DNA of 60,634 nucleotides from Eubacteriales bacterium (GCA_045535465.1 JAZSLS010000029.1:1-60634); one strand, 5' to 3'. Shown: positions 16,851-26,039, numbered from the stretch's first letter. Made by a program: numbers and translations. The notes: generated by a model not told the origin, from the letters alone.

Positions 16851-18043
16851 AAGAACTAAACAAATGTATAGAAGAAATAAAAAAGCTTGGAGATAAAAAA
16901 ATAAAAGCAAGAAGAAAAAGAATTACCATAGCCTTGGTGTCAACCTTTGCGGTTATAGCTTTGGCAATCCCCGTAACGCTTGGGCTTGCAGGCTCCGCAC
17001 CCCAAAACGCACCCTCTGACATAAGCTTGGTGTTGGATAACGAAAGCTTTGAAGACGGCAGCACTGCCGAGGATAATAAGGAAAAGCCCGAGGCAAGCCT
17101 GCCCGATGCCGATGAAAGCAGCATATCGATTGAGCCAAGCCAAGAGCCCGAGCCAAGCCCTCCTGAGACCAACGATAGCAGCGAAGCACCCGAGGAAAGC
17201 GAGCAGCCGACGCCTATCCCCCCCGATGACGGTGGTGAAGACGTAAGCAAGGCGCCCGAGGAATACAAAAAGCCCGACCCAAGCTGGCCTATTGTTTTTG
17301 TTGGAAAATACGACCCTTCAAATATGAAGGAAAGCGCAAGCTATTATTTTATTACTCCGGGTATGGTGGTAATAGACACTATGGTTCGCACAGAGAAGAA
17401 TATTAACAGCATAGACGATTTAGAGGACGGGGTTTTGTATCCTGTTAAATTCCACGCTATGGTTTACGAGTCCGAGGAGTTTAAAGCAGGGCTTTACAGC
17501 ATAAGAGAAGAAAGCATTGCTGCACGGTTGGAGGTAAGGAAAACCATAATAGATTTTATTGCAAAGTACGCAGAAGCGGAAAACCATTCTCTGCTTGAGT
17601 ATTATAAGGGCTATTATGATTACTATACGATTTGTGGTTTTATCTATAACCAATTATCTCCCGAATTTTGGCCGGGGCAAAACGCACCCGAGTTTGAAGA
17701 AATAACCTCTATGACCGAACGACAGGTTTGGGATGAATACCATTTAAAGGAGATGGAATATACCAAACAGGCGGTGGCAAGTGCGGAGGCAGTGATGTAT
17801 GAGCAGCTTGAAAAACAGGGCATAAGCTTTTATGACAAGACCTTGTACTATGAGCACTTAGGCGAGATAGTTAAAGAGGAAATTTTACGTGTTGCCTTTT
17901 TGTCCAAGGGGCAGATTGCGGCTTTGACTGCGGGAGAAGACTATGGCCTTTTGGTGGAGATAGTGTGCGATGAGCTGGCAAAAAAGGATAACGAGCCCGT
18001 TTATCTTCCCGCTTGCATCGTTCTTGAGGATCAATGCGATTAA
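16847..18043 (+). CDS. Single-pass membrane protein co-translated with the ECF sigma (putative anti-sigma/sensor)
   Basis: ATGA overlap with the sigma stop. Short cytoplasmic N-terminus, TM ITIALVSTFAVIALAIPVTLGLAG, long E/P/S-rich linker (about 17040-17280), then a ~260-aa globular ectodomain. No zinc-finger anti-sigma motif was seen. Confidence 0.55.
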   Translation: MKELNKCIEEIKKLGDKKIKARRKRITIALVSTFAVIALAIPVTLGLAGSAPQNAPSDISLVLDNESFEDGSTAEDNKEKPEASLPDADESSISIEPSQEPEPSPPETNDSSEAPEESEQPTPIPPDDGGEDVSKAPEEYKKPDPSWPIVFVGKYDPSNMKESASYYFITPGMVVIDTMVRTEKNINSIDDLEDGVLYPVKFHAMVYESEEFKAGLYSIREESIAARLEVRKTIIDFIAKYAEAENHSLLEYYKGYYDYYTICGFIYNQLSPEFWPGQNAPEFEEITSMTERQVWDEYHLKEMEYTKQAVASAEAVMYEQLEKQGISFYDKTLYYEHLGEIVKEEILRVAFLSKGQIAALTAGEDYGLLVEIVCDELAKKDNEPVYLPACIVLEDQCD

Positions 18044-18065
18044 AAGCAAAACAAAAAGCGTATAA

Positions 18066-18112
18066 ACGCCCCAAATAGGACTTAAAAGTCTTATTTGGGG
18101 CGTTTTGCCGTT
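18066..18112 (+). terminator. Rho-independent terminator
   Basis: 16-bp stem acgccccaaataggac / gtcttatttggggcgt (one G-U), 6-nt loop, followed by tttgccgtttt. Confidence 0.75.
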
Positions 18113-18302
18113 TTATATTAAAAGAGGCCCTTAATAGCGCAAATTGCCTTAATAATTGTTGTTTTTTGTATTTACATACAGATTAATTTGTGGTAGAATA
18201 AAAGGACGTATTGGCGTGGACGTTTTAAAATACTATGCTTTGCCTTTTTGCTTAAACGTAGGGTTGAGTTAGAGGGCTTTTGTTGAAAAGTTGTCTCCAT
18301 AA

Positions 18303-18419
18303 AACAAAAAAGGGGAAAAAATCACAGCGGAAAAGCTTGGTTTAACGCCCGAAACGGTCATAAATTTTAAAAAATTGATAAAAAATAAAATTTTGGAGCA
18401 AATTAATAAAAAAAATTAA
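18303..18419 (+). pseudogene. Truncated remnant of a sigma-factor gene (region 4 only), paralogous to 8588..9136
   Basis: Translation NKKGEKITAEKLGLTPETVINFKKLIKNKILEQINKKN* aligns with ENKGTETVAAELGLKVSTVRSFKQLIKDKLREHVNKKI* at the end of the 8588..9136 ORF. An in-frame TAA sits at 18300-18302 and there is no upstream ORF. Confidence 0.55.
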
Positions 18420-18473
18420 AAAATTTTTTTGTGTTTTTCGTTTTTATGACATTGTATAAGTGAGGTGAGAAAA

Positions 18474-19325
18474 ATGAAAAATAATATGCTTGAAAAATTT
18501 ACAGCTAGCGAGATTAAATCTATGCTTGACTCCGGTCAGGTTTCCTTGCAAGAACTGGACACCGAAACGGTGGGAGCGCTTATGGATTACGAAACAGATA
18601 GGCTTTGCGAGGGGGAAGGAGACGTTGACTTTATAAGTAAATGTGCGGATATTATCTGTGAAAAAGAAAATAGTATGATGTCCCACGAGGAATTTATGTC
18701 AATTGTTGACAAGACCACTGCCAAGTATTCTGCGCCTGCCAAAAAGCGTTTTAGCTTAAAGCGTGCTTTGGTAATAGCGGCATCTGTTGCTACGCTTATA
18801 ATCGGCGGTACCGTTGTTGCCTCTGCCTTTGGGTTTAATATGTATGACCTTATTGCTAAGGTTATATTGCAACCCGAGGGTACGGAGTTTGATAAAGACG
18901 GCTTTACTTTTTGCAATGCCGGCAAATACAAAACGTATCAAACTTTAAAAGAAGCATTTGAAAAAGAAAATTTAAATATTATGTATCCTGCGTCCTTGCC
19001 TGAAGGGGTTGCTATTAAAAAGGTAACCGTAGCCAATAGCCAAAGAGGTGATAAACGTATAAGTATATTCACCCACAACAACGATGTAATGTTTTCATTT
19101 GACATAGGTGTTATACGCAACGATGAAATGTTTGAAGACAAAGAGCTTTACACCGCAAAGAACGGTGTTAGCTATATTTTTTACGAATGCCCTGCGGATT
19201 TTGGTTACAAATACGGTGCTTTTACTAACGTTAATAATTGTGAGTATACTGTACAAACTCAAAAATACCAAGATTTAATTTATATTATAGAAAATATGGA
19301 GGATAATAATGAAAAGAATAATTAG
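18474..19325 (+). CDS. Anti-sigma-factor-like single-pass membrane protein, shorter paralog of 9190..10425
   Basis: Shares with 9190..10425 the blocks D(Y/Y)E(V/T)(E/D)RLC.G.GD, the TM, VLQP(D/E)GT, FYNAG/FCNAG, KENLNIMYPASLPEGV and YEDLIYIIEN/YQDLIYIIEN. ATG at 18474 with a gaggtga RBS is preferred over the track GTG at 18465. Confidence 0.6.
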   Translation: MKNNMLEKFTASEIKSMLDSGQVSLQELDTETVGALMDYETDRLCEGEGDVDFISKCADIICEKENSMMSHEEFMSIVDKTTAKYSAPAKKRFSLKRALVIAASVATLIIGGTVVASAFGFNMYDLIAKVILQPEGTEFDKDGFTFCNAGKYKTYQTLKEAFEKENLNIMYPASLPEGVAIKKVTVANSQRGDKRISIFTHNNDVMFSFDIGVIRNDEMFEDKELYTAKNGVSYIFYECPADFGYKYGAFTNVNNCEYTVQTQKYQDLIYIIENMEDNNEKNN

Positions 19326-19713
19326 TGCTTTAATGTGCCTTGTTTTGCTTTGCGTGGCGGCTTCTTCTGTTTCTGCCGCAGGTGATAACGGCGTTTACCG
19401 TTACGAAATAGACGGTGTTGAATACACCGTTACCTTTGAGGATGACGGCCTTTCTTCCGATGCGGAGGAAGCAATTGCAGAGAGCCTTGTAGGTTTAAGG
19501 GATGACTCTGCACATACCTACGGCTTGGGATGCATTCTTTTCGGCCACGACTGGGCTGTAAGACAAGCATACGTTACTCAGCATAAGGCGAGAGCAACCG
19601 AGCCCAGATGTATTATGCGCACCTATGACGTTACTTATTGCGAGGACTGTGACGAGATAAAGGAACGACTTCTTGTTAGCTCCGTATACATCAGCTGTTG
19701 TCCTAAGGACTAA
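19309..19713 (+). CDS. Small secreted protein consisting of a signal peptide, a short domain and the conserved 6-Cys module
   Basis: 134 aa. Signal peptide MKRIISALMCLVLLCVAASSVSAAG. C-terminus GCILFGHDWAVRQAYVTQHKARATEPRCIMRTYDVTYCEDCDEIKERLLVSSVYISCC is homologous to the tail of 10443..12545. GGAGGA RBS; overlaps the upstream ORF by 17 nt. Confidence 0.65.
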   Translation: MKRIISALMCLVLLCVAASSVSAAGDNGVYRYEIDGVEYTVTFEDDGLSSDAEEAIAESLVGLRDDSAHTYGLGCILFGHDWAVRQAYVTQHKARATEPRCIMRTYDVTYCEDCDEIKERLLVSSVYISCCPKD

Positions 19714-19845
19714 TTAGAACTAAATAATTAAAGGATACTATGAAGTTTAAGGCTGCTTTTTATTTAGCTTCTTAAGGCGGTATGGAAAAACGCTTTGCGG
19801 TTTGTTCAGGCACAAAATTTTCAGTTTTACCACCCGTTTAAACAC

Positions 19846-19875
19846 AAAACCACACCTGCAAAGGTGTGGTTTTTG
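19846..19875. terminator. Bidirectional terminator-like hairpin (CCACACC/GGTGTGG type)
   Basis: aaaaccacacct-gcaa-aggtgtggtttt. 12-bp stem including the A/T extension, with an A-run 5' and a T-run 3'. Lies between convergent genes. Confidence 0.65.
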
Positions 19876-19931
19876 TTCACATTTCGGGCGTTTTCACAAA
19901 AAACAGCTCCGTTTCACTCAACAGGAAACAA

Positions 19932-20957
19932 TTATAACGCTTTTGAAATTTCCACAAGTTGTTTGCGTGAGGAGACCCCAAGCTTTCCGTAAATGTTTTT
20001 GTTATGAAACTTAAGGGTGTTTTCGGTAATGCCAAGCAGCCCCATTATTTCTTTTGTGGATTTACCCTCCAAGTACGCATCGTATATAATTTTTTCGGTC
20101 TTCGTAAGCTCTGCAAGCCCCAGCCTGTATATCTGTAAGCCTTCCTTGCTTACTGCAACGTTTGCCGCAGCAGCCTGCGGCGGATTAAAGCTGATTGCTT
20201 GTTCTTTAAGCTTGTTATGCTCTGCAATAAGCATATTAAGCCCCAGTAAAAACAGCTCGCTTATTATGTAGGAAACCGAAAGCACCTCAAAATCAATGCT
20301 TACAAGCTGTTCGATAAACCACAGGCCTATATTGACAAAAACAGCTATGGTAAGTATAACCGTATACCCCATACTTTCCGCTTTCTTTTTTTTGTATGCG
20401 TAAACAATGGCGCAGACCATAGCGGAAAAATAACCTACAAGGTATACCAAATAAAGGCTGTGTAGCGGCCCGTAGACCTTTTCAAGTGTAGAAAAGCCGT
20501 TAACCGTTATCAGATGCACCTCTTTGTAATAAATGCCAAGGTATCCGGGGCTTGCGGCGACCAAAAACACAAGGCCGCTGATTCCTAAAAGCAGTAAAAC
20601 AACCCAACGCTTGCACTTAACCTTTATGGTGTTTAGCGTTATCATAAACATAGACAACGGAAGAAAAACCGAGCCAAGGTAAGCAACCCTGTTGGCAACA
20701 AGCGCTATGCTTAGCGTCTCGGAAACGGAAAGCCACAGGTAGCCAAAGTTAACCACCAAAACCGAGGAGAAAAGCAGCATATACCATATATCCTTCTTAT
20801 GCGATGAAAAACAGTACACTGCCAGCACCGCAACAGCCAGTATGGCTGTAACCGCATACACTATGGACAGGTTAGCCGTTTTGTCAACAACGCCGCAACC
20901 GGAAAGCATAAATACAAGCGGTAACAGCAACAAGTAACCTAAGCACTGCTTTTTCAT
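19932..20957 (-). CDS. Polytopic membrane protein with C-terminal LuxR-type HTH (membrane-bound regulator)
   Basis: C-terminus LTKTEKIIYDAYLEGKSTKEIMGLLGITENTLKFHNKNIYGKLGVSSRKQLVEI is a LuxR/GerE HTH. About 7 hydrophobic helices precede it. The start is moved to ATG 20957 (MKKQCLGYLLLLPLVFMLSGCG, AAGGAGG RBS) instead of the track start at 21134. Confidence 0.75.
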   Translation of the reverse strand: MKKQCLGYLLLLPLVFMLSGCGVVDKTANLSIVYAVTAILAVAVLAVYCFSSHKKDIWYMLLFSSVLVVNFGYLWLSVSETLSIALVANRVAYLGSVFLPLSMFMITLNTIKVKCKRWVVLLLLGISGLVFLVAASPGYLGIYYKEVHLITVNGFSTLEKVYGPLHSLYLVYLVGYFSAMVCAIVYAYKKKKAESMGYTVILTIAVFVNIGLWFIEQLVSIDFEVLSVSYIISELFLLGLNMLIAEHNKLKEQAISFNPPQAAAANVAVSKEGLQIYRLGLAELTKTEKIIYDAYLEGKSTKEIMGLLGITENTLKFHNKNIYGKLGVSSRKQLVEISKAL

Positions 20958-21334
20958 ACACTGCCTCCTTTCGGAAAAGATATCATTCCCCACACTAAAA
21001 CCTACACCAAAAACAATACGCACCACACCGAAAACAGAGAAAAGTGTGGTGACAAAGGGGTGGATAAGGTGTAAAATCATCCTAGATAGTAATACTATGA
21101 TGTATAATGTAGCATATTTTTGCAATTTTGTCAATAGCGGTGTAAAAGGAGTAAAGCTAAGAAAAATACATTTTTTAATTCAACAAAAGTTTTGCAAATA
21201 ATTGTTGTCTTGATTATGTGCATTTCAATGCTTTCGTCTTTGTTTGTAACGCATTCATTTGCATCAGAACAGTATTCTGACAACGTAGTGGAGGTGTATA
21301 TTCACACCGTGCATACGATAGTCAACTGGCAGCG

Positions 21335-23494
21335 TTGCGCATAGCAGGCTCTACCGATTATTATGATTGCGGTGTGTATCAGTATACGGGCAATAAGATT
21401 TCTACCGTTATATTTGATGGCGGCAGCTATACACTTACAGCCAAGACGGAAAAATTCGGCAGCGGTACACGTTCCAGAGAAAACTACTACCGTGGCTGTG
21501 TTATTGCCGACTACGTAAAGGCGGAAATACACGATGGCACCTTTACCGCAAAAAGTGAAGGCGTGGTTACTCAGTACGATATGTGTGCGAGAGAGCTTTC
21601 CGCATTTGCAACCTGCTGCTCCAGCACCCTTAATCCTGCCGGAAGAGACAGAAATAACCCTATGGTATACGGTGGCAAGTTTATCTCCGACGGTTATTCT
21701 CTGCACCATTTCGATACCTCGTCTACCCCCGACGAAACAAGATATATGGAAACACCTGCGATACTGGGCGGTGCGTTTTTCGGCCCCATAAGCTATATAG
21801 GCGCAACCTTTACGTATAATAGCGACGGTAATGACGAATACGAGGATATGAGCGCAAGCGAGATATTATACGGCAAAGCGTATTATCTTACAAGCGGCGG
21901 AAAATTAAAGGACGTAAGCGAGCTTACGCTTAAGGAATTGCACAAGTGCAAAACAGTGTATGCGGTAAGCAAAGAAACCTTCAATCTGGAAACAACTCCT
22001 TCTTACTATTACGATTACACGACAGTGGAGCCCAATCAGTCAGACACCTTCCGCATAAAGTACAAAACCCCCGAAAGTATGAAGGGGGTCCTGACAGTAC
22101 AGCCCTTTATAAGCCATTGTGCGGTAGATGTGGCAACTCAGGAAACAGGTGAGGAAACCAAGGTGTACAGCACCTACCACACCGTTAACTACGCAAATTA
22201 CACAGGTGGGGTAATGATAAAGGCAGGTCTGGAGGTCATATTTGGCGATGTGACCGTGGTCTTGGCAGACTCAAACCGTGTAAAGGTAAGCAATGACCGC
22301 CACCACGCAGAGATTGTTGTACAGCCTGCAAGCTGCCGTGTTGCACCCGGTGAAACGGCGGCAGCTACAGTTGTTGCCAACTATGCGCTGTCGTACCAAT
22401 GGCAGGTGCAGATAAGCGGTGGCTGGGTAAACATAACCGACACGTTATCGGCAAGTCTTGCGGAGGGCGGCTTGATATTGGAAGGGTATAAGGACAACAT
22501 CTTTGCCGTTACCGATACTAAAGGCGCTGTAGGAAGCATCAAAGCACGTTGCGTGATCACAAGCACTGCCTATTCTACCGTCACAAGTGACGTTGCTACT
22601 TTAACCTTTGGCGATAAGCCTATTATTGATAACTACTACGGCGGTAGCTTTAAAGAAGGTGGCGATGCTGTTTTCTACCTTTGGGGCTATTATTTTGAAA
22701 ACATTACCTGGACGGTAAGCAGTCGCTTGGGCAGCTTTAAGCTATACACTCTTGATGAGTTTGCTGCAGAAAAGGGCATAAACTACGAATTATCCTTCCT
22801 AAAGTTTAGCGATGATATTTACAGGGCAACCGTTACCTTTAAAAATGTGCCCGCAAGCGTGGCAAATACCTATAAGCTTGGCTATTCCGTTAAAAACGCT
22901 CTCGGTACCGTAGCCTACAGCGAGGATAATGCCATTCCCTTCAGCCTTGAGGTAGTAAAACCCACCATAACCTCCTTTATAAAAAGCGTTAGCGGTTATG
23001 ATGGGGACGACCTGAGCTTAAGCTTCGGTGCCGAGAATATGACCGAGGCAGATTGGCGCTTTGAAGCCACAGACAAGGACGGCTTAGTACAGGTATTCAG
23101 CCTTGAGGATATGAAAAGGGAATTTCCCGAAAGCACCTTTGAGGTAAAAACCGAGAGTAACACCTCTACCCTCACTGTAACCAACGCAAAAGAGGGGCTT
23201 AACGAATATGCCCTTTACGCTTATGCAGTGGGTGATAACGCTACAGCAAACGCAGGCAGTGCAAGCTTTAGGATAAAGGCCAAGGATGGCATTATCAGCA
23301 TTGGCGATGTTAATGCCGACAGTTATGTTGATAACCTTGATGCGGCAATGCTGCTTAAGTACGATGCCGGCATTATAGATATTAATGATACACAATCCCT
23401 TGCTGCTGATGTAAACGGTGACGGTTATGTGGATAATCTTGATGCCTCTATGATACTGAAATACGATGCAGGTATTATAACTGACTTTAATTAA
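21335..23494 (+). CDS. Dockerin-bearing surface protein, paralog of 28022..30673, apparently 5'-disrupted
   Basis: C-terminal GDVNADSYVDNLDAAMLLKYDAG / ADVNGDGYVDNLDASMILKYDAG. Collinear similarity to 28022..30673 (FDGGSYTL/IDGGNYTL, YQWQV Ig-like unit, VTFKNVPAS.. block). The track start is a TTG with no signal peptide. A signal-peptide ORF lies upstream in another frame (21216-21344). Confidence 0.65.
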   Translation: MRIAGSTDYYDCGVYQYTGNKISTVIFDGGSYTLTAKTEKFGSGTRSRENYYRGCVIADYVKAEIHDGTFTAKSEGVVTQYDMCARELSAFATCCSSTLNPAGRDRNNPMVYGGKFISDGYSLHHFDTSSTPDETRYMETPAILGGAFFGPISYIGATFTYNSDGNDEYEDMSASEILYGKAYYLTSGGKLKDVSELTLKELHKCKTVYAVSKETFNLETTPSYYYDYTTVEPNQSDTFRIKYKTPESMKGVLTVQPFISHCAVDVATQETGEETKVYSTYHTVNYANYTGGVMIKAGLEVIFGDVTVVLADSNRVKVSNDRHHAEIVVQPASCRVAPGETAAATVVANYALSYQWQVQISGGWVNITDTLSASLAEGGLILEGYKDNIFAVTDTKGAVGSIKARCVITSTAYSTVTSDVATLTFGDKPIIDNYYGGSFKEGGDAVFYLWGYYFENITWTVSSRLGSFKLYTLDEFAAEKGINYELSFLKFSDDIYRATVTFKNVPASVANTYKLGYSVKNALGTVAYSEDNAIPFSLEVVKPTITSFIKSVSGYDGDDLSLSFGAENMTEADWRFEATDKDGLVQVFSLEDMKREFPESTFEVKTESNTSTLTVTNAKEGLNEYALYAYAVGDNATANAGSASFRIKAKDGIISIGDVNADSYVDNLDAAMLLKYDAGIIDINDTQSLAADVNGDGYVDNLDASMILKYDAGIITDFN

Positions 23495-23510
23495 AAACGG
23501 AGGTTTTATT

Positions 23511-23969
23511 ATGAATTACGTCGGAAAATGGGTTTTCCATTCAATTGGCACTATGGACGAAAATGACACGCTTGTTTACCTTTCTGCGGAGGAGTACCTT
23601 AAGGCTCCGATGCCCTACGTTGATGAAACGGACGAAGAGGCCGTTGCAGACGAATTAAAAGAAAGAAACACTATGATAGGTATGCAGCTTAAAATCTGCG
23701 ATGACGGCAAAATGTATACCCTTATTCCCATACCCGCAGGGGTATCGCAAGCAGAGGTGGACGAGGCTGTAAGCGCAGGCGCCATAAAGCTTATGGACGG
23801 TATGATGTTTGATGTCCCCAAGTCTTGGGAAGACCGCAACGGTGAGTTTTGGTACGATTCGGGTATTGAGGGCGAAGTGTTTGGCGAAAAGACGGACTCT
23901 TGGGTTAAAGGATCTGATGAAGAAGGATTTATAAACATATTTACAACAAGGTTTACAAAAGCAGTTTGA
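23511..23969 (+). CDS. Acidic cytoplasmic protein, unknown function
   Basis: 152 aa, RBS acggagg, 16 nt after the preceding dockerin gene. No signal peptide. Confidence 0.55.
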   Translation: MNYVGKWVFHSIGTMDENDTLVYLSAEEYLKAPMPYVDETDEEAVADELKERNTMIGMQLKICDDGKMYTLIPIPAGVSQAEVDEAVSAGAIKLMDGMMFDVPKSWEDRNGEFWYDSGIEGEVFGEKTDSWVKGSDEEGFINIFTTRFTKAV

Positions 23970-24025
23970 GGAGATTTGGAATATAATAAAATGCGTTGGC
24001 TATCAAAACCGCCAACGCATTTTGT

Positions 24026-24523
24026 TTATAAATTTTGTTTTTTAAAAAGTTTTAACAGCTTTTTAATAGCCTCTGACGTGATAAAGCAATCCTGATTATT
24101 GGCTGAGTATATACGCTCTCCGCTTTCATATTCTACTGAAACCGTCGCACCAAACATATCAGGCAATCCGCTTACGTGGTAAGTGATGCCGTTAAACTGT
24201 GCAAAGTTATATTCAGAAATAACGCTTTGCAGCTCATCCATAAAAAACAGCGACGCAGAAAAAGCAAATTCTTCATTACGGCTTTTGTAGCTTGCGCTGA
24301 CAATGCCGTTTTCAACCCTTGCCTTCAAGGTGAAAACGCTTCTTTCCGGTTCCTCATCGTCTATCAAAGACAACGTGGAAAAAACACACTCAAAAACAGC
24401 TATCTTGGTGCAGCTTATAATTTTTGGTGCGTTGCAGTCACAGCGTTTTCTCACTCCGCCGTCAATGTCATCTGTGGATGTTTGATTGTTTTTGGTAAAA
24501 AGCTTTTTAATAAACTTACTCAT
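24026..24523 (-). CDS. Hypothetical protein
   Basis: 165-aa ORF that starts directly after the stop of 24524..25138 (coupled). No recognisable motifs. Confidence 0.5.
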   Translation of the reverse strand: MSKFIKKLFTKNNQTSTDDIDGGVRKRCDCNAPKIISCTKIAVFECVFSTLSLIDDEEPERSVFTLKARVENGIVSASYKSRNEEFAFSASLFFMDELQSVISEYNFAQFNGITYHVSGLPDMFGATVSVEYESGERIYSANNQDCFITSEAIKKLLKLFKKQNL

Positions 24524-25138
24524 TTACTCAGCAGTAGTTTCGGCAGAACTGTCTTCGTCAGCTTCATTGCCGAAGGCGGATTCTTTAACGGTAAGGCTTG
24601 ATATTATTCTTCTAACCTCTTCGTCTTCAAGGCTGATAGCGTCGTCCCCTTGCCCACGGGAGATAGTTACCATATATTGGTCATTGCCCTCGTCTATGTA
24701 AAGCATAACTATCGGATACCCCAAGCTATCGCAGGAAAAGCCTTCCCAGGTGCGGCCGCCAAGCTCAAAGGGAGCTATATCAACAACGTTGTCGTAGAAA
24801 AGCTTCATAGGTGCCGCAAGATAAATATCCTTGCCCCTATAATCAAGCTTAATATATGGCTTTGTTAAAATATCGGTTTCAACAACGCCGCCCTTGCAAA
24901 CGTTTATAGAGTTTTTGCTGATAGTGCAGGGGTCTTCAGCGTGTATGTCGATGTTGTTAAAAGCCTTCCACCCTTCGGGTACGGCTACGGTTATCTCGCC
25001 CACGTCATAAACCGTGTCAACGGGCGCAGCGTTTTCCTTAACGGCATCGTTTTTATCAACGGAATTTGCGCTGCCGTCACCGTCGGAAAAACAGCAAGCG
25101 GCAAACACGCAAAGGCATATAAGTGCAGCTAAAATCAT
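24524..25138 (-). CDS. Putative lipoprotein, unknown function
   Basis: N-terminus MILAALICLCVFAACCFSDG has a lipobox-like FAAC. Acidic mature part. Confidence 0.55.
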   Translation of the reverse strand: MILAALICLCVFAACCFSDGDGSANSVDKNDAVKENAAPVDTVYDVGEITVAVPEGWKAFNNIDIHAEDPCTISKNSINVCKGGVVETDILTKPYIKLDYRGKDIYLAAPMKLFYDNVVDIAPFELGGRTWEGFSCDSLGYPIVMLYIDEGNDQYMVTISRGQGDDAISLEDEEVRRIISSLTVKESAFGNEADEDSSAETTAE

Positions 25139-25182
25139 AGCAATATATTTGCGTTTAACGACTTCAATATTTTAAAAACAAA

Positions 25183-25752
25183 TTATGCCCAAGGGTCAGC
25201 CGCTTTAGGGGTGCGGATGTCGGGCAAAAGCATCTGTTCCCACAGGAACCAAACACCGTCACTGCCTCTCTTGCGCAGTACAATCTCACGTGCGTTGTCA
25301 GCACCGCCGCTCTTGATAAACAGCTTCATATAGCCCTCGTTTGCATCGGAGTAAGGGTTAGTGGAGATTGTAATCTTAAAGGGCTCGGCGGGTGTGTAAT
25401 TGTTATCGGGTGTTGCGCCTTCAAAGTAAGAAAAGGGAACGTACGTTTTGCCGTCACGGAAACGGTCGTTAAGGAAGGAAATGTCAACGCCGCTAAGAGG
25501 ACGAGGGCCTCTCAGCCAGTTAAGCATCTCGGTGCCTATCTGTCTGTCTGCCGCATAAGCGCAAAGAGCACAAACGGTAAGAGCTGCGGTTTTAAAGGGC
25601 GTGTCAAGCTTTGCTTCGGGAAGCGCCTGCATCTCTGCAAGGCTCTCCGGCAAGGCATTAAACGTAAACGTTTCGCTTTTGTTGCCTAAACTGTTCAGCG
25701 CATTGCTTGCCGCATTGCTTGCGGTGTTTTTTAACTTATCAAAAAGTCCCAT
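25183..25752 (-). CDS. Hypothetical cytoplasmic protein
   Basis: 189 aa, RBS ggaggtat upstream on the minus strand (25759-25766, reverse complement). No motifs recognised. Confidence 0.55.
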   Translation of the reverse strand: MGLFDKLKNTASNAASNALNSLGNKSETFTFNALPESLAEMQALPEAKLDTPFKTAALTVCALCAYAADRQIGTEMLNWLRGPRPLSGVDISFLNDRFRDGKTYVPFSYFEGATPDNNYTPAEPFKITISTNPYSDANEGYMKLFIKSGGADNAREIVLRKRGSDGVWFLWEQMLLPDIRTPKAADPWA

Positions 25753-26039
25753 ATAATACCTCCGTAAATAATTTTCATTACATCTTTAAACAACCTTTAC
25801 GTTAGAATTATAAATCCTTTTTCTTCCCAAGTACACACACTTTATACAAACAAAAGTGTGGGTTTTGCTCTGCCGGTGTGGGAAAAAGTGTGGTTTTTTC
25901 TAAAACCCACCCTTTTTACTACACTTTTTGAGGTAAAAAACTAAAACGCCCACACCTTTTTACAGCTAAAGTGTGTGGTTTTTTGCGTTTTTTTATCTAT
26001 AATTTATTATAGATAAATCCAAGCAAACGGAGGTATTTT

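Noticed and set aside
16810-17268. 152-aa Ser/Gly-rich minus-strand ORF
   Set aside because: It is the reverse complement of the E/P/S-rich linker of the 16847..18043 membrane protein, so it is a low-complexity artefact.
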